Numbered from the stretch's first letter, positions 30,377 to 40,834 are shown. The stretch is 64,000 nt of DNA from Abditibacteriaceae bacterium (GCA_965277285.1 OZ255721.1:3424001-3488000), one strand, 5' to 3'. The notes: generated from the sequence alone by a model not told the origin. Numbers and translations: made by a program.

Positions 30377-31912
30377 TTGGGTCGCACTGTGGGCATTGAT
30401 CTCGGGACAACTTACACCGCCGTCGCGTATGTGGATGATTACGGCAAGCCGATGATTTTGAAGAACTCGGATGGGCAGGCGACCACGCCCAGCGTCGTGT
30501 TCTTCGAGCCGCCTTATTATTCGGTTGGCGAAGTCGCGGTGCAAAGCACGCTCACCGATCCCGAACGCGTGGCGCAGTTCGTCAAGCGTTTCATGGGCTT
30601 GAAAGATCATCGCATCCGCATCGCGGGCCAAACTTATTCGCCCGAGTTCGTATCGTCGCTCATCCTGCGCAAAGTCGTGCAGGAAGCCGAAGCCGAACTG
30701 GGCGAAAGCATCACCAGCGCCGTCATCACGGTTCCGGCGTATTTCGGTGAGGCGCAACGCCACGCCACGCTCGAAGCCGGACAACTGGCCGGCTTGAACG
30801 TTCTGCGCATCATCAACGAACCGACGGCGGCGGCGCTGGCTTATGGAATTCTCAACCGCGATGAAGCGCGCCGCGTTCTGGTGTATGACCTGGGCGGCGG
30901 CACTTTCGATGTCACAATTTTGGACATGAATAACGAATCGGTCAATGTGATTGCGGTTGGCGGCGATCCGTATTTGGGCGGCAAAGATTTCGATGACGCG
31001 ATTATGAACTTCATCGAAGACGAGATGCGCGAAAAGTACAATTTCGAGATGGAAACCGATCACAGTTTTGAAGCGGAATTGCGCTTAAAAGCCGAAGCCG
31101 CCAAGCGCCAGTTGACCGGACGCCCTTCGGTTCCGATCACTTTCAAAGCGAAGCGTCCCGCCGACAGCATCGAGTACGCGCAAGACCCTATCATTCCGGT
31201 TCGCCTGGATTTGACGCGCGATAAGTTCGAGAAGATTACGGCGGACTTGATGTCACGAACGGAAATTTTGCTGGAAAACGTGTTGAAGCAGGCCAACTTG
31301 AGTTGGAGCGACATCGATCAAACGTTGTGCGTTGGTGGCAGTTCGCGGATGCCGATGGTGCGCGAAATGTTGACGAGAATGTCGGGCAAGCGCCCTTTGT
31401 TGCACGATCCCGACGAATGTGTCGCCAAAGGCGCGGCGGTTCAGGCCAGTTTGCTGGCGGGCAACGAAGGTTTGGAAGACATTCATGTGACGCACGTTCT
31501 GGCGCATTCTCTGGGCGTGGCGGCGCTGCAAAACGGCAAGCAAATTATTGATCACGTCATTCCCAGCCTGACGCCGCTGCCGTGTTCGCAAACGCGCGAC
31601 GGTTATACGACAACTTTGGACAATCAGCGCAGCGTGCAAATTCGCATTTACGAAGGCGAAAGCCGCGATTGGGAATCGTATCCAAACGGGCCTCTGGGCG
31701 TGTTCAACCTGGAAGTCGATCCACCGCGCCCCAAAGGTCAGCCGCAAATCAGCGTTGAATTTCGCTGCGACGAAAACGGTCGCATTACGGCGTTTGCACG
31801 CGACATGGACACCGGACGCGAAAGCCGCACCGTCATTTCACTGGCTGGAGAACGCAGCAGTCAGGAAATGCAACAAGAAGAAGAATTGATGTCGCTCGCT
31901 GTCGTTTCTTGA
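30377..31912 (+). CDS. Hsp70-family protein (511 aa, no C-terminal lid)
   Basis: GIDLGTT, AVITVPAYF, IINEPTAAALAYG, YDLGGGTFD and VGGSSRMP; AGGAG RBS before a TTG start. Confidence 0.93.
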   Translation: MGRTVGIDLGTTYTAVAYVDDYGKPMILKNSDGQATTPSVVFFEPPYYSVGEVAVQSTLTDPERVAQFVKRFMGLKDHRIRIAGQTYSPEFVSSLILRKVVQEAEAELGESITSAVITVPAYFGEAQRHATLEAGQLAGLNVLRIINEPTAAALAYGILNRDEARRVLVYDLGGGTFDVTILDMNNESVNVIAVGGDPYLGGKDFDDAIMNFIEDEMREKYNFEMETDHSFEAELRLKAEAAKRQLTGRPSVPITFKAKRPADSIEYAQDPIIPVRLDLTRDKFEKITADLMSRTEILLENVLKQANLSWSDIDQTLCVGGSSRMPMVREMLTRMSGKRPLLHDPDECVAKGAAVQASLLAGNEGLEDIHVTHVLAHSLGVAALQNGKQIIDHVIPSLTPLPCSQTRDGYTTTLDNQRSVQIRIYEGESRDWESYPNGPLGVFNLEVDPPRPKGQPQISVEFRCDENGRITAFARDMDTGRESRTVISLAGERSSQEMQQEEELMSLAVVS

Positions 31913-31977
31913 TTTCCTTTCTTACCACGCGAGATCGAGTACTCGAATCTTGTTTTACCCTTATTTTTAGGGAGATT

Positions 31978-33006
31978 ATGCCCGATTTCACGCCGCGCTC
32001 TGCGCCTTCTTTTTCGAGATTCGTCTTGTTCTTCGCCGCCGATGACTCGTCCTATGGCGCGACCAACAGTTCGATGAACGGCGCGGCCAACGGCGCGGCC
32101 AATACTCCAATGACCAATAGCCTCCAGATGCCTTTCGATCACGAAATTGCGACGGACGATTTCGTTGATTTCTACGCGTTGTTGGATCAGCCGGTCGACG
32201 CGCCGACGATTCAACTGCGCAGCCGCATTAACGAAATGTATGCCGAAGCGCAGGCGAACCGCGATCATCGCAACCCCGAGCGCCGCCGCCAATACGCGAA
32301 TTTTTTGTATTGGATTCCGCAGGCGCGCGCCGTTTTGCTGCACGAAGGCAAGCGCGCCAAATATGATGCTTACGCCGCTCAGATAAGAAATGGCGGTTCG
32401 TCTGCGGACTTTCATGCTTACCTGGAAGAACTTATCGGCGAAATGGACGCGCTCAACGAAGGCGAAGGCCTTTTGGGTTTGCGCGATCCCTTGCTTGAAC
32501 CGCCGCCCACCGCACGTCTATCGACGCGATTGGACGCCGTGCGCGCCGCTGCGGGCGAAGCCGTTAAAGCTTCGATCCTTTCACCTGATTCAGCTTTTCT
32601 CACGGAAGATGCGCCGCAAACAGTTTCCTCTTTCGATGCTGCAACACCAACCAACGCCGAACCATCATCGGATGCTTTTGAACCACGCGAAGGGACGGCC
32701 AACACGCCACAAGATGGTGGCGCGACCGAGTATTCAGGTTCGGAACGCCCCGTTTCTTCTCGGAGAAGATCGCGTTCCACTGCGCGCTACGAAATAAGTC
32801 CGACTTTGCAAAAAGAGCGCGCGTCGCTGTTCAGTTCGGCGGTCGGAGGCGTCACGTTGTTTGTTGTTTTGCTGGCGTCGCGTGTCGCTTTGCCCAACGT
32901 GAGCCTGGCGATTTTGTGCGGCTTTGCCGTTGTCGCGGGCTTCCTCGCATGGCGCATCGTGCGTCGCCAACTTCTGCGCGGCATTGATACCGGATCGGCA
33001 CAATAA
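31978..33006 (+). CDS. J-domain-like membrane protein lacking HPD
   Basis: DFYALL...ARAVLLHEGKRAKYD matches the ends of a J-domain; two C-terminal TM helices; GGAG RBS. Confidence 0.7.
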   Translation: MPDFTPRSAPSFSRFVLFFAADDSSYGATNSSMNGAANGAANTPMTNSLQMPFDHEIATDDFVDFYALLDQPVDAPTIQLRSRINEMYAEAQANRDHRNPERRRQYANFLYWIPQARAVLLHEGKRAKYDAYAAQIRNGGSSADFHAYLEELIGEMDALNEGEGLLGLRDPLLEPPPTARLSTRLDAVRAAAGEAVKASILSPDSAFLTEDAPQTVSSFDAATPTNAEPSSDAFEPREGTANTPQDGGATEYSGSERPVSSRRRSRSTARYEISPTLQKERASLFSSAVGGVTLFVVLLASRVALPNVSLAILCGFAVVAGFLAWRIVRRQLLRGIDTGSAQ

Positions 33007-33188
33007 GCGAGCAGCGCCTCGTTCATCGTTGTTCTCTCCTCACATTTACGCCTGAATCTTCGACAATAGCGACGCACAATGCGACATCGAGTACTCGATA
33101 GTTCCGCGCCGCTCCACAAATTGCCGCTTTGCCAGCAATTCTCATCCTTTCATTTATCTTTTTAACTTTTGTTTATAAGGAGGAATTC

Positions 33189-34961
33189 ATGCGACTTCAA
33201 GCATCTATTCAAAGGCTATTTCTCGAACTCTTCCGTTCGCGCCAGCGTTCTCGCCAGGTTGTGCGGCGCCGCTCGTTTTGGATCGTGACCGCGCTTCTGG
33301 CGGTCGCTGTTCTGGGCAACGCGTTACACGCCAGCGCGCAAACTGCAGCGCCCGCACCAGTCGCAGCGCCAGCGACGACAGAATCGGCGGGCGATCCCGG
33401 CGGAACTTCGACAGGCAGTTCCGGCGATTTGCAAAATGCCAATGGCGCGCCCGACGACAAAACGAAAATTAGTCTGGGTCACGCTTATGAACACAGCGTG
33501 TACGGGCGCGGTTTCCGTTTTATGGCAGAGGCCGAAGGCCAGAACCGCATTGCGATCAACACGTCGTGGCTGCTCGTCACGGGCTTTTTGGTGATGTTCA
33601 TGCAGGCGGGTTTCGCACTCGTGGAAACCGGTTTCACGCGCGCCAAAAACGCCACGCACACGATGATGATGAACTTTTGTATCTACTTCATCGGCTTGCT
33701 GGGCTTCTGGTCGGTCGGCTTTGCCTTGATGTATGGCGCGGCGGGCGCCAACGCGGGCAACATCGGCGGCATTCCGCCTTTTGGCGCCAATCACGTCGTC
33801 AGCATTCCCGGCCTGGGTTCGATTTTCGCCACCAACGGCTTTTTCATGTCGGGCAACAATTACGATGTCGGCGTGTGCGCCATGTTCCTTTTTCAGGCCG
33901 TGTTCATGGACACCATGGCGGTTATTCCGACCGGCGCGATGGCCGAGCGCTGGAAGTTCGGCGCTTTCGTGATTTACGGTTTCTTCGCTTCAGTGATTTT
34001 GTACCCAATTTTTGGGCACTGGGCGTGGGGCGGCGGCTGGCTTTCGCAGTTGGGCAATCATTTCGGATTGGGCTGCGGCTACGTCGACTTTGCCGGTAGC
34101 GGCGTCGTGCACTCGGTCGGCGGCTTGTGCGGCATGGCGGGCGCCATTGTTCTGGGGCCGCGCATCGGAAAATACAACAAAGACGGCACGGCCAACGCGA
34201 TTCCCGGGCACAATATTCCGCTCGCTTTGCTGGGCGCTTTCATTTTGGGCTTTGGCTGGTTCGGCTTCAATCCGGGTTCGACTTTCGGCGCGGCGGGCGG
34301 CGGCAACCTGCGCATCGGCATCGTCGCCGTCACGACGATGATGGCCAGCGCGGGCGGCGGTTTCGCTACCATGATGTATATGTATGTGCGCTCGGGCAAG
34401 TTCGATCCTTCGATGATCGCCAACGGTTTTCTGGGCGGACTGGTCGCTATCACGGCGCCGTCCGGTTTCGTCAGCCCGACGGTCGGCGTGCTCATTGGCG
34501 CCATCGGCGGACTTGTCGTGTGCTGGGCGGTCGCTTTTCTTGAAGTTATTCACGTTGACGATCCGGTCGGCGCGGTCGCGGTTCACGCCGGAGCCGGATT
34601 GTGGGGCGTTTTATCAGTCGGCATTTTCGCGGACGGAACCTTTGGCAGCGGCTGGAACAATACCATGTTGCGCAACGGTCAACCGGCGCCGCTCGTCGGC
34701 TTGTTGCACGGCGGAACCGGACAGTTTCTGGCGCAATGCGTTGGCGTTGTGACGCTGATCGTTTGGGGCTTCGGGATGAGCTACGTCTTTTTTAAGATAC
34801 AAGACAAAATCATGGGCATTCGCAGCAGCCGCGAAGACGAACTCGGCGGCCTGGATATTCCCGACATGGGCATCGTCGCCTATCCGCCCGACATCATGGA
34901 CGCCGACTTTGAAGACGACGAAGATTACGCGACCGAACCTGTTCCCGCCGCCGCTTATTAA
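33189..34961 (+). CDS. amtB: Ammonium transporter
   Basis: FMQAGFALVETG, GAMAER, DFAGSGVVHSVGG, GWFGFNPGS and DDPVGAVAVH; AGGAGG RBS. Confidence 0.96.
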   Translation: MRLQASIQRLFLELFRSRQRSRQVVRRRSFWIVTALLAVAVLGNALHASAQTAAPAPVAAPATTESAGDPGGTSTGSSGDLQNANGAPDDKTKISLGHAYEHSVYGRGFRFMAEAEGQNRIAINTSWLLVTGFLVMFMQAGFALVETGFTRAKNATHTMMMNFCIYFIGLLGFWSVGFALMYGAAGANAGNIGGIPPFGANHVVSIPGLGSIFATNGFFMSGNNYDVGVCAMFLFQAVFMDTMAVIPTGAMAERWKFGAFVIYGFFASVILYPIFGHWAWGGGWLSQLGNHFGLGCGYVDFAGSGVVHSVGGLCGMAGAIVLGPRIGKYNKDGTANAIPGHNIPLALLGAFILGFGWFGFNPGSTFGAAGGGNLRIGIVAVTTMMASAGGGFATMMYMYVRSGKFDPSMIANGFLGGLVAITAPSGFVSPTVGVLIGAIGGLVVCWAVAFLEVIHVDDPVGAVAVHAGAGLWGVLSVGIFADGTFGSGWNNTMLRNGQPAPLVGLLHGGTGQFLAQCVGVVTLIVWGFGMSYVFFKIQDKIMGIRSSREDELGGLDIPDMGIVAYPPDIMDADFEDDEDYATEPVPAAAY

Positions 34962-35001
34962 ATCGTCTTAATCGTAGGATTTAATCGTAGGATTTTGAAC
35001 C

Positions 35002-35075
35002 GTAGTGGCTTGGCGTGCCAAGCCTTCCGTGAACGCGAGAACTACAAACAGAGGCTCGGCACGCCAAGCTTCTAC
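35002..35075. repeat. GTAG-type REP doublet (REPIN-like), family D
   Basis: GTAGtggcttggcgtgccaagcc ... ggctcggcacgccaagcttCTAC. Confidence 0.75.
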
Positions 35076-35281
35076 GACAAAACGAAATTCATCCAGCGCC
35101 GCGCTTATCGAGTACTCGAATCGAGTATTTCAATAAGCGCGGCGTTGTTGTTGGTGGAGGTTTGCGCGCCTTCCAACGGAACCGCATCAAGCGCGTATCG
35201 TGTTGCGTTAAACTTGCGGCGCCTTTGTCACTGCGCTGGTTACAAATTGTGGTTCGCCAATTTTCTGCTTTCAATTTCCTT

Positions 35282-37372
35282 ATGCCTGATTTTCATGCTT
35301 CAACGGTGCGCGCGATTCGTGAATTGCACGCGCGTTTCCCGCAAACGCCGTTTTTGACGTTGGGACAAACCGTGTTGTGGGACGAGCCGACCAAAGCCGC
35401 GTTTTGCCGCATTTGCGAAGAAATCGCGCCGACTGCGGAAATCGTCGCCGGCGTTCACGATACGGATTATTTTGCGAAATTGCCCGGCTTGCAAAACCGC
35501 GCGGAAAAGTTCGCCTTGTTGCCACACAACGATGGCTCGACGCGCGGCTTGTGGAGCGCAGCCGGAGAAATCAGCAGTTTGTTCGGCGCCGAAATCGTCC
35601 CGACGCGCCATTTGCTGAGTGAAAACGGCGTCGCCTTCGACCGCGTGGCGAAACGTTATCCCGGCGGCAACGAGGCTTTGCTCGAAAACGAAACCGTGGC
35701 CTGGGGCTGGCGCGCTCTGGTTCACACCGAAGCGCGTTCGCTTATCGCCGCCGATGTGAAACTCGCCGACATCGCGCCCGCTTTGCGCGAGCAATTGTTA
35801 TGGGCGATTGAGGAAAGTTTGCAAATCGTCGGGCGACCTTCCGCTGAAAACATTGCTGGCCAACTGCTCGATTGGACTAACGAGTACTCGATGGCGAATC
35901 CCGATGCGACTTTGTCCGATTTATATCGTTTTCTGACGCCGAAGTTGTGGAAAGCGGTGCGCGGCGAAGGCAATTGCAACCTGCAAACCACGACTTCGCT
36001 GCAGCTCTTTCGCTTCAATTCGCAAACCTGCGAGACGCCGCGTTTTCGTTTTCTCGATTTATTCTTGCAGCCGCAAACGCGCGATGTTGCACGACGATGT
36101 TACGATGACGCGGTGCGTGGCAGCGGCATTTACCAATTGAGTCAGTTCGGCGATGGCGCGCTGCCTTTCGATGTCGTGATTCCCAATCGCGGGCGCGGAA
36201 CTTTGCGCTTGCACGAAGGCTCGCTGTACATCGAAACCGAGACGCCGGTTACGTTGTGTCAGGGCTGCGATTGCGGAAGCGTTGCGGAATTGGCGCAGGT
36301 TTTGGAAGCGACTTTTGGCCCGAACGTGGCGATTGTCGGCAAGGCAGTCTCCTTGATTTCGATGCTGTCGGCAGAGTTCATTTTCGTCTTTCACGAAAAA
36401 GCGTCAAGCTACACCAGTCGCACGCAGATTATGAACAAGTGTTTGCGCGAAGCGGGCGTCGCGCTCGATTTGCATCCGATGTTGCGCATCGAGTACTCGA
36501 CATGGAATTCGTTGCGCGCTGTTCAAGCCGAGTTCAAATTGCCGCCGCATCTGGCGCGCGCTTTTGGTACGAAAACGATTTCGGCGCATAAGTTCGCTTA
36601 CAGTTGGAAAATCGTTTGCGACGAGCAGGACGCTTTGCGCAACCAGTTGAAAGAATGCGCTTCGCCGCGCGAATTGATGAAGTTTTTGGCCGCGCGTGAT
36701 GCAGATAACTGGGCGCAACCGCTTATCGAGTACTCGAATGCGCGCCAGAACCTGAACAACTTGCGCGAACAAACGCGCCAATTGGAAACTGAAATCCAAT
36801 CGTTGCGAGCACAAGCGCATGAAGTGACGGCGCAGGCTTCGCACATCGAAACCGAAAAAGGCGAGTTTTGGCGCGCCAAGATTCAGCCTGTGCGCACGCG
36901 CCTTTTCGACATCAAAGAAAACGCCGCCAAACGCTTGGAAGCGAACCTCAAACTCTCGAAAGACGAACGTCGCGCGTTGGCCGAAACTGAAAAAGCCGAA
37001 GAGCTGGAAATTGCCGATTTGTGCCAGCAGTTGGAAAGTTTGATGCTTGAGCGCGCCGAGTTCAGCAAAACGATTGATGATTTGCGTCAAACCGCGCGCA
37101 GTTGTCAGTCTCAAGCGCGTCTGAAAATTGAGCAGCGCGTCGCCATCGAACAAAGCGAAGAAACCAAAACGTTGCGCGCGACGATTGCGCAACTGGAATA
37201 CGAAAGCGAACGCGAACGCTTGCATCTGGTGCGCGATGCGTTGCTTGTCAGCCAGGGTTTGCGTTACACCAATTTGCGTCCTACGGCATGGTGGCTGCCG
37301 CTCGTTTCACCCGACGGCATGTGGTTTCAGACTTTGGCGCGTTCGGCTCAATCTCGCATCGAAGAGTTGTGA
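35282..37372 (+). CDS. Hypothetical protein: enzyme-like N-terminal domain plus a long coiled coil
   Basis: About 696 aa with typical codon usage; LGQTVLWDEP and GVHDTDYF motifs; about 200-aa heptad region. Confidence 0.8.
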   Translation: MPDFHASTVRAIRELHARFPQTPFLTLGQTVLWDEPTKAAFCRICEEIAPTAEIVAGVHDTDYFAKLPGLQNRAEKFALLPHNDGSTRGLWSAAGEISSLFGAEIVPTRHLLSENGVAFDRVAKRYPGGNEALLENETVAWGWRALVHTEARSLIAADVKLADIAPALREQLLWAIEESLQIVGRPSAENIAGQLLDWTNEYSMANPDATLSDLYRFLTPKLWKAVRGEGNCNLQTTTSLQLFRFNSQTCETPRFRFLDLFLQPQTRDVARRCYDDAVRGSGIYQLSQFGDGALPFDVVIPNRGRGTLRLHEGSLYIETETPVTLCQGCDCGSVAELAQVLEATFGPNVAIVGKAVSLISMLSAEFIFVFHEKASSYTSRTQIMNKCLREAGVALDLHPMLRIEYSTWNSLRAVQAEFKLPPHLARAFGTKTISAHKFAYSWKIVCDEQDALRNQLKECASPRELMKFLAARDADNWAQPLIEYSNARQNLNNLREQTRQLETEIQSLRAQAHEVTAQASHIETEKGEFWRAKIQPVRTRLFDIKENAAKRLEANLKLSKDERRALAETEKAEELEIADLCQQLESLMLERAEFSKTIDDLRQTARSCQSQARLKIEQRVAIEQSEETKTLRATIAQLEYESERERLHLVRDALLVSQGLRYTNLRPTAWWLPLVSPDGMWFQTLARSAQSRIEEL

Positions 37373-37399
37373 AACTTCTTTCAAAAACTGCTTGAAATA

Positions 37400-37718
37400 G
37401 GACACGGCGCTACGCGACACGGATTGAACGGATAAAGACGGATCGAAGAACTTGGATTACAGAACCGCTGGTGCGGGTTTGCGGATGTCCACCGCTGAAG
37501 CAGTGGGCTGAACGAGCAAGACCGCTAAAGCGGCCTCAACTGCAGCGCGGAAGCGGTAGTTCAGCGCCATTTATGGTGCTTTGATGCTCAGCCCACTGCT
37601 TCAGCGGTAGGCGTCCGCAAACCCGCATCCCTACTTGTAAAACTTCGAGTACACGAAAGTCCAGACTTTTCCGATCTGTGTTTATCCATTCAACCCGGAT
37701 CGCGCAGCGCCGTGTTCC
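37400..37718. repeat. Nested inverted-repeat element (family C arms enclosing a REP-like pair)
   Basis: Outer arms 37400-37445 and 37672-37718; inner arms 37472-37511 and 37588-37627 (ccaccgctgaagcagtgg). Confidence 0.82.
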
Positions 37719-37801
37719 CTTGCCTTGAAAAATCACTTTTGTGCGTGTTTTGCGGAGTTTGTTAAACTGCGCGCCATTCCACGAAGCGAGTACTCGATCT
37801 C

Positions 37802-38554
37802 ATGTCAGGACACAGTAAATGGCACAACATCCGTTTGCAAAAAGGCAAAGCGGATCTGGAACGCGGCAAGCAGTTCGCCAAATTGTCGCGTGAAATCACG
37901 ATTGCGGCCAAGCAAGGCGGCGGCAGCCCCGATTCCAACGCGCGCTTGCGCATGGCAATCGACAAGGCGAAGCAGAACTCGATGCCCGCCGACAACATCA
38001 AGCGCGCGACGCAAAAAGGCACCGGCGAACTCGAAAGCGCGACTTACGAAGAAGCGCTTTTTGAAGGCTACGGGCCGGGCGGGGTCGCGGTTCTGGTCAA
38101 CACAGCGAGCGATAATCGTAACCGCGTCGTGGCCGACGTGCGCCACATTTTTGCCAAGCACGGCGGTAACCTGGGCGAAAATGGCAGCGTCGCTTGGCAG
38201 TTCAAGCGCCAAGGCGTTTTGCGCGTTGCAGCGTCCGGCGATATTTCGGAAGACCGCGCGATGGAACTGGCGCTGGAAGCCGGAGCTGACGATTTTTCGA
38301 GCGAAGACGGCACCTACGAAATCAAAACCGCGCCGGAAAACCTGAGCGCGCTTCGTCAATCCCTTGAAGCTGGCGGCGTTCCAATCGCGTCGTCCGATGT
38401 CGAAATGGTGCCGCAAACAACGGTCGAACTGGACGGCGAAACGGCGCGCAAAATGTTGAAGTTGATGGACGCGCTCGAAGATCACGACGATGTGCAAAGC
38501 GTCGCTGCCAACTTCGACATCGCCGAAAATATTTTGCAGGAAATCGGCGCGTGA
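37802..38554 (+). CDS. yebC: YebC/PmpR-family protein
   Basis: MSGHSKWHNI, EGYGPGGVAV and LEDHDDVQSV. Confidence 0.96.
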   Translation: MSGHSKWHNIRLQKGKADLERGKQFAKLSREITIAAKQGGGSPDSNARLRMAIDKAKQNSMPADNIKRATQKGTGELESATYEEALFEGYGPGGVAVLVNTASDNRNRVVADVRHIFAKHGGNLGENGSVAWQFKRQGVLRVAASGDISEDRAMELALEAGADDFSSEDGTYEIKTAPENLSALRQSLEAGGVPIASSDVEMVPQTTVELDGETARKMLKLMDALEDHDDVQSVAANFDIAENILQEIGA

Positions 38555-38688
38555 GCCAGTTGGCAGAAAGCAGCGGCAGGAAGGTTGACGTTTTAGCAAT
38601 CAAACGCGATTTCGGTGCGATATCGAGTACTGGAATGGCGAGCAGGATTTCAAAAGTAGTAACAAGGACAAAAAGCGTGAATATCAGT

Positions 38689-39909
38689 GTGAATACAGCG
38701 AGCAAGACGAACAAATGGGCGGTTCTCGCCGCGTCGGGATTGTTGATGACGAGCGTTGTCGCGGGTTGCGGCAACAAGGGCGGCGGCACAGCGAGTAGCA
38801 CGGCGGATAACGGCGGCAGCACGACGCCGTCGGCCAATTTCAGCGGTAGCGATGTGGTGGCAACGGTGAATGGCGACAACATCACGCGCGGCGATTTGTA
38901 TCCGCAAATGGTAGCTACAACGGGCGAGTCAGCGTTGACCGACCTCATCAATTACAACCTGGTAATGCAGGAATTGAAGAAAAATAATCTCGATGTGACG
39001 GACGCCGAAGTTGATCAATTCCTCGCTGATCGCAAATCTCAGGACCCGACGCAAGGCGCCCAAATCGACCAACTTATTAAGGACGGTGGCACGCGTTTGG
39101 ACGCGGTGCGTCGTCGTGCGCGCTTGCAGATTGCTACAGAAAAGTTGGTCACTAAAGATGTAAAAGCCGATCCCGCGGATGTTAAAACGTGGTTCGCCAA
39201 AAATCAAAGCCACTATGGAACGCCAGCGCGCGTCAAAGTCGGTTTGCTGTTTGCCAGCACCAAAGTGCGCGCCGATACAATGCTGGCGCAACTCAAGGCG
39301 AAGAGCAAAACGTTCGATCAATTGCTGGACGATCAGAAAAAAATGGGCGATCCTGTAGGCGCGAACAGCGCGCAACAAGATGTGCCTGCCGACAAACTGG
39401 AAAAGGATAAATCGCCTTTGGGCGCAGCCGCCAGAAAACTGGGCGTCGGCGAATATAGCGCCGTGACGCCTTTAGGTAAAACGGCGTACGCAATTATCAC
39501 TATCCTTTCAAAAACGCCTGCCGTCACGCCCGATTTCGACAAGATGAAAGATCAGGCCACAACTGATTACAAACTGGAACAGGTCGCGCGCGATCAGGTT
39601 TCCAAAGCGCCTGGCGGTCAAACTTTTGAAAAAACCCTGACGCAAATCCAAACCGCCGTCGCGCAACAAGCCGCGCAACAAGGCAATGCCAGCAATCCGT
39701 CCTATCATGATTTGCTGAGTTTGTTGGCGCAGGGCAAAATCCAAGAAATCCAAACCAAACTGCGCGACGAGGCCAAAGTCACCGTCGCCGACCCTGACCT
39801 GAAAAAAGTCGCCGATCAGTTCAAAGGCTCTGGCGCAACCAATGCGACTTCCAACGACGCCACTTCCAATAGCGCGACCTCAAACGCTGCAGCGCCCGCC
39901 AAACCGTAA
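38689..39909 (+). CDS. PrsA/SurA-like foldase lipoprotein
   Basis: Lipobox VVAGC, VVATVNGDNIT and a degenerate parvulin region. Probable GTG start at 38689. Confidence 0.8.
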   Translation: MNTASKTNKWAVLAASGLLMTSVVAGCGNKGGGTASSTADNGGSTTPSANFSGSDVVATVNGDNITRGDLYPQMVATTGESALTDLINYNLVMQELKKNNLDVTDAEVDQFLADRKSQDPTQGAQIDQLIKDGGTRLDAVRRRARLQIATEKLVTKDVKADPADVKTWFAKNQSHYGTPARVKVGLLFASTKVRADTMLAQLKAKSKTFDQLLDDQKKMGDPVGANSAQQDVPADKLEKDKSPLGAAARKLGVGEYSAVTPLGKTAYAIITILSKTPAVTPDFDKMKDQATTDYKLEQVARDQVSKAPGGQTFEKTLTQIQTAVAQQAAQQGNASNPSYHDLLSLLAQGKIQEIQTKLRDEAKVTVADPDLKKVADQFKGSGATNATSNDATSNSATSNAAAPAKP

Positions 39910-39925
39910 CGTTTGGTAACCTTGC

Positions 39926-39959
39926 AACCGGCTGATGATTTGTTTCGTCAGCCGGTTTT
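39926..39959 (+). terminator. Intrinsic terminator
   Basis: aaccggctgatga/tcgtcagccggtt followed by T residues. Confidence 0.65.
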
Positions 39960-39991
39960 GCGTTTGTAAAATCTTCAATCGAGTACTCAAA

Positions 39992-40831
39992 ATGAACCCA
40001 GAACCAACTCAAAAACCGCACGCCACACATGAATTCCAACGCTTGACAAGCATCATCGCGCAGTTGCGCGCGCCCAATGGCTGCCCGTGGGACAGGGAAC
40101 AAACGCACGAAAGTTTGCGCGCTTCTCTCATCGAAGAAACCGCCGAAACCTTGGACGCTATCGAGCGCGCCGATGACGCTGACTTGCGCGAAGAACTGGG
40201 CGATTTGCTGATGCAACCGATTTTTCACGCACAAATCGCCAGCGAAGAAAACCGCTTCGATTTAGCCGATGTTCTGCACGAAATCTGCGAAAAACTGGTG
40301 CGCCGTCATCCGCACGTTTTCGGCGACGCGCAAGTCGAAAACACCGCCGGAGTTTTAGCCAATTGGGACGCGATTAAGAAAGAAGAAAAAGTGCGCAAAG
40401 CCGCGCAATCTTTAAACGACAATCGAGTACTCGAAAGCGCCTTGAGCAACGTTCCGCCCGAACTTCCGGCGCTTTCAATGGCGCTGAAGGTTTCCAAGAA
40501 AGCCGCTAAAGCCGGTTTCGAGTGGGAAAACCTGAGCGGCGTGCTGGACAAAATGCGCGAAGAAATCGACGAACTGCAAGCCGAAATCGAAAGCGAAAAC
40601 CGCGAGCGCGCAACCGAAGAATTGGGCGATTTGTTGTTTACGATTGTCAACGTCGCGCGCTGGAAAAAGATTGATCCCGAACTCGCTTTGCGCGACACGG
40701 TTCGTCGTTTCACCACGCGTTTTCAAGCGATGGAAAGTGACGCGCAAACACACGATTTGAAGTTGGAAAACTTGTCGCCGCAAGAATGGGATGAACTGTG
40801 GAACGCAGCGAAAGTGAAGACTCGCGCGTGA
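39992..40831 (+). CDS. mazG: Nucleoside triphosphate pyrophosphohydrolase MazG
   Basis: GCPWDREQT, two EELGDLL motifs and KLVRRHPHVFG. Confidence 0.96.
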   Translation: MNPEPTQKPHATHEFQRLTSIIAQLRAPNGCPWDREQTHESLRASLIEETAETLDAIERADDADLREELGDLLMQPIFHAQIASEENRFDLADVLHEICEKLVRRHPHVFGDAQVENTAGVLANWDAIKKEEKVRKAAQSLNDNRVLESALSNVPPELPALSMALKVSKKAAKAGFEWENLSGVLDKMREEIDELQAEIESENRERATEELGDLLFTIVNVARWKKIDPELALRDTVRRFTTRFQAMESDAQTHDLKLENLSPQEWDELWNAAKVKTRA

Positions 40832-40834
40832 TTT

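Noticed and set aside
30377..31912. Housekeeping dnaK
   Set aside because: It is too short, lacks the lid and has atypical partners, so I assigned no gene symbol.
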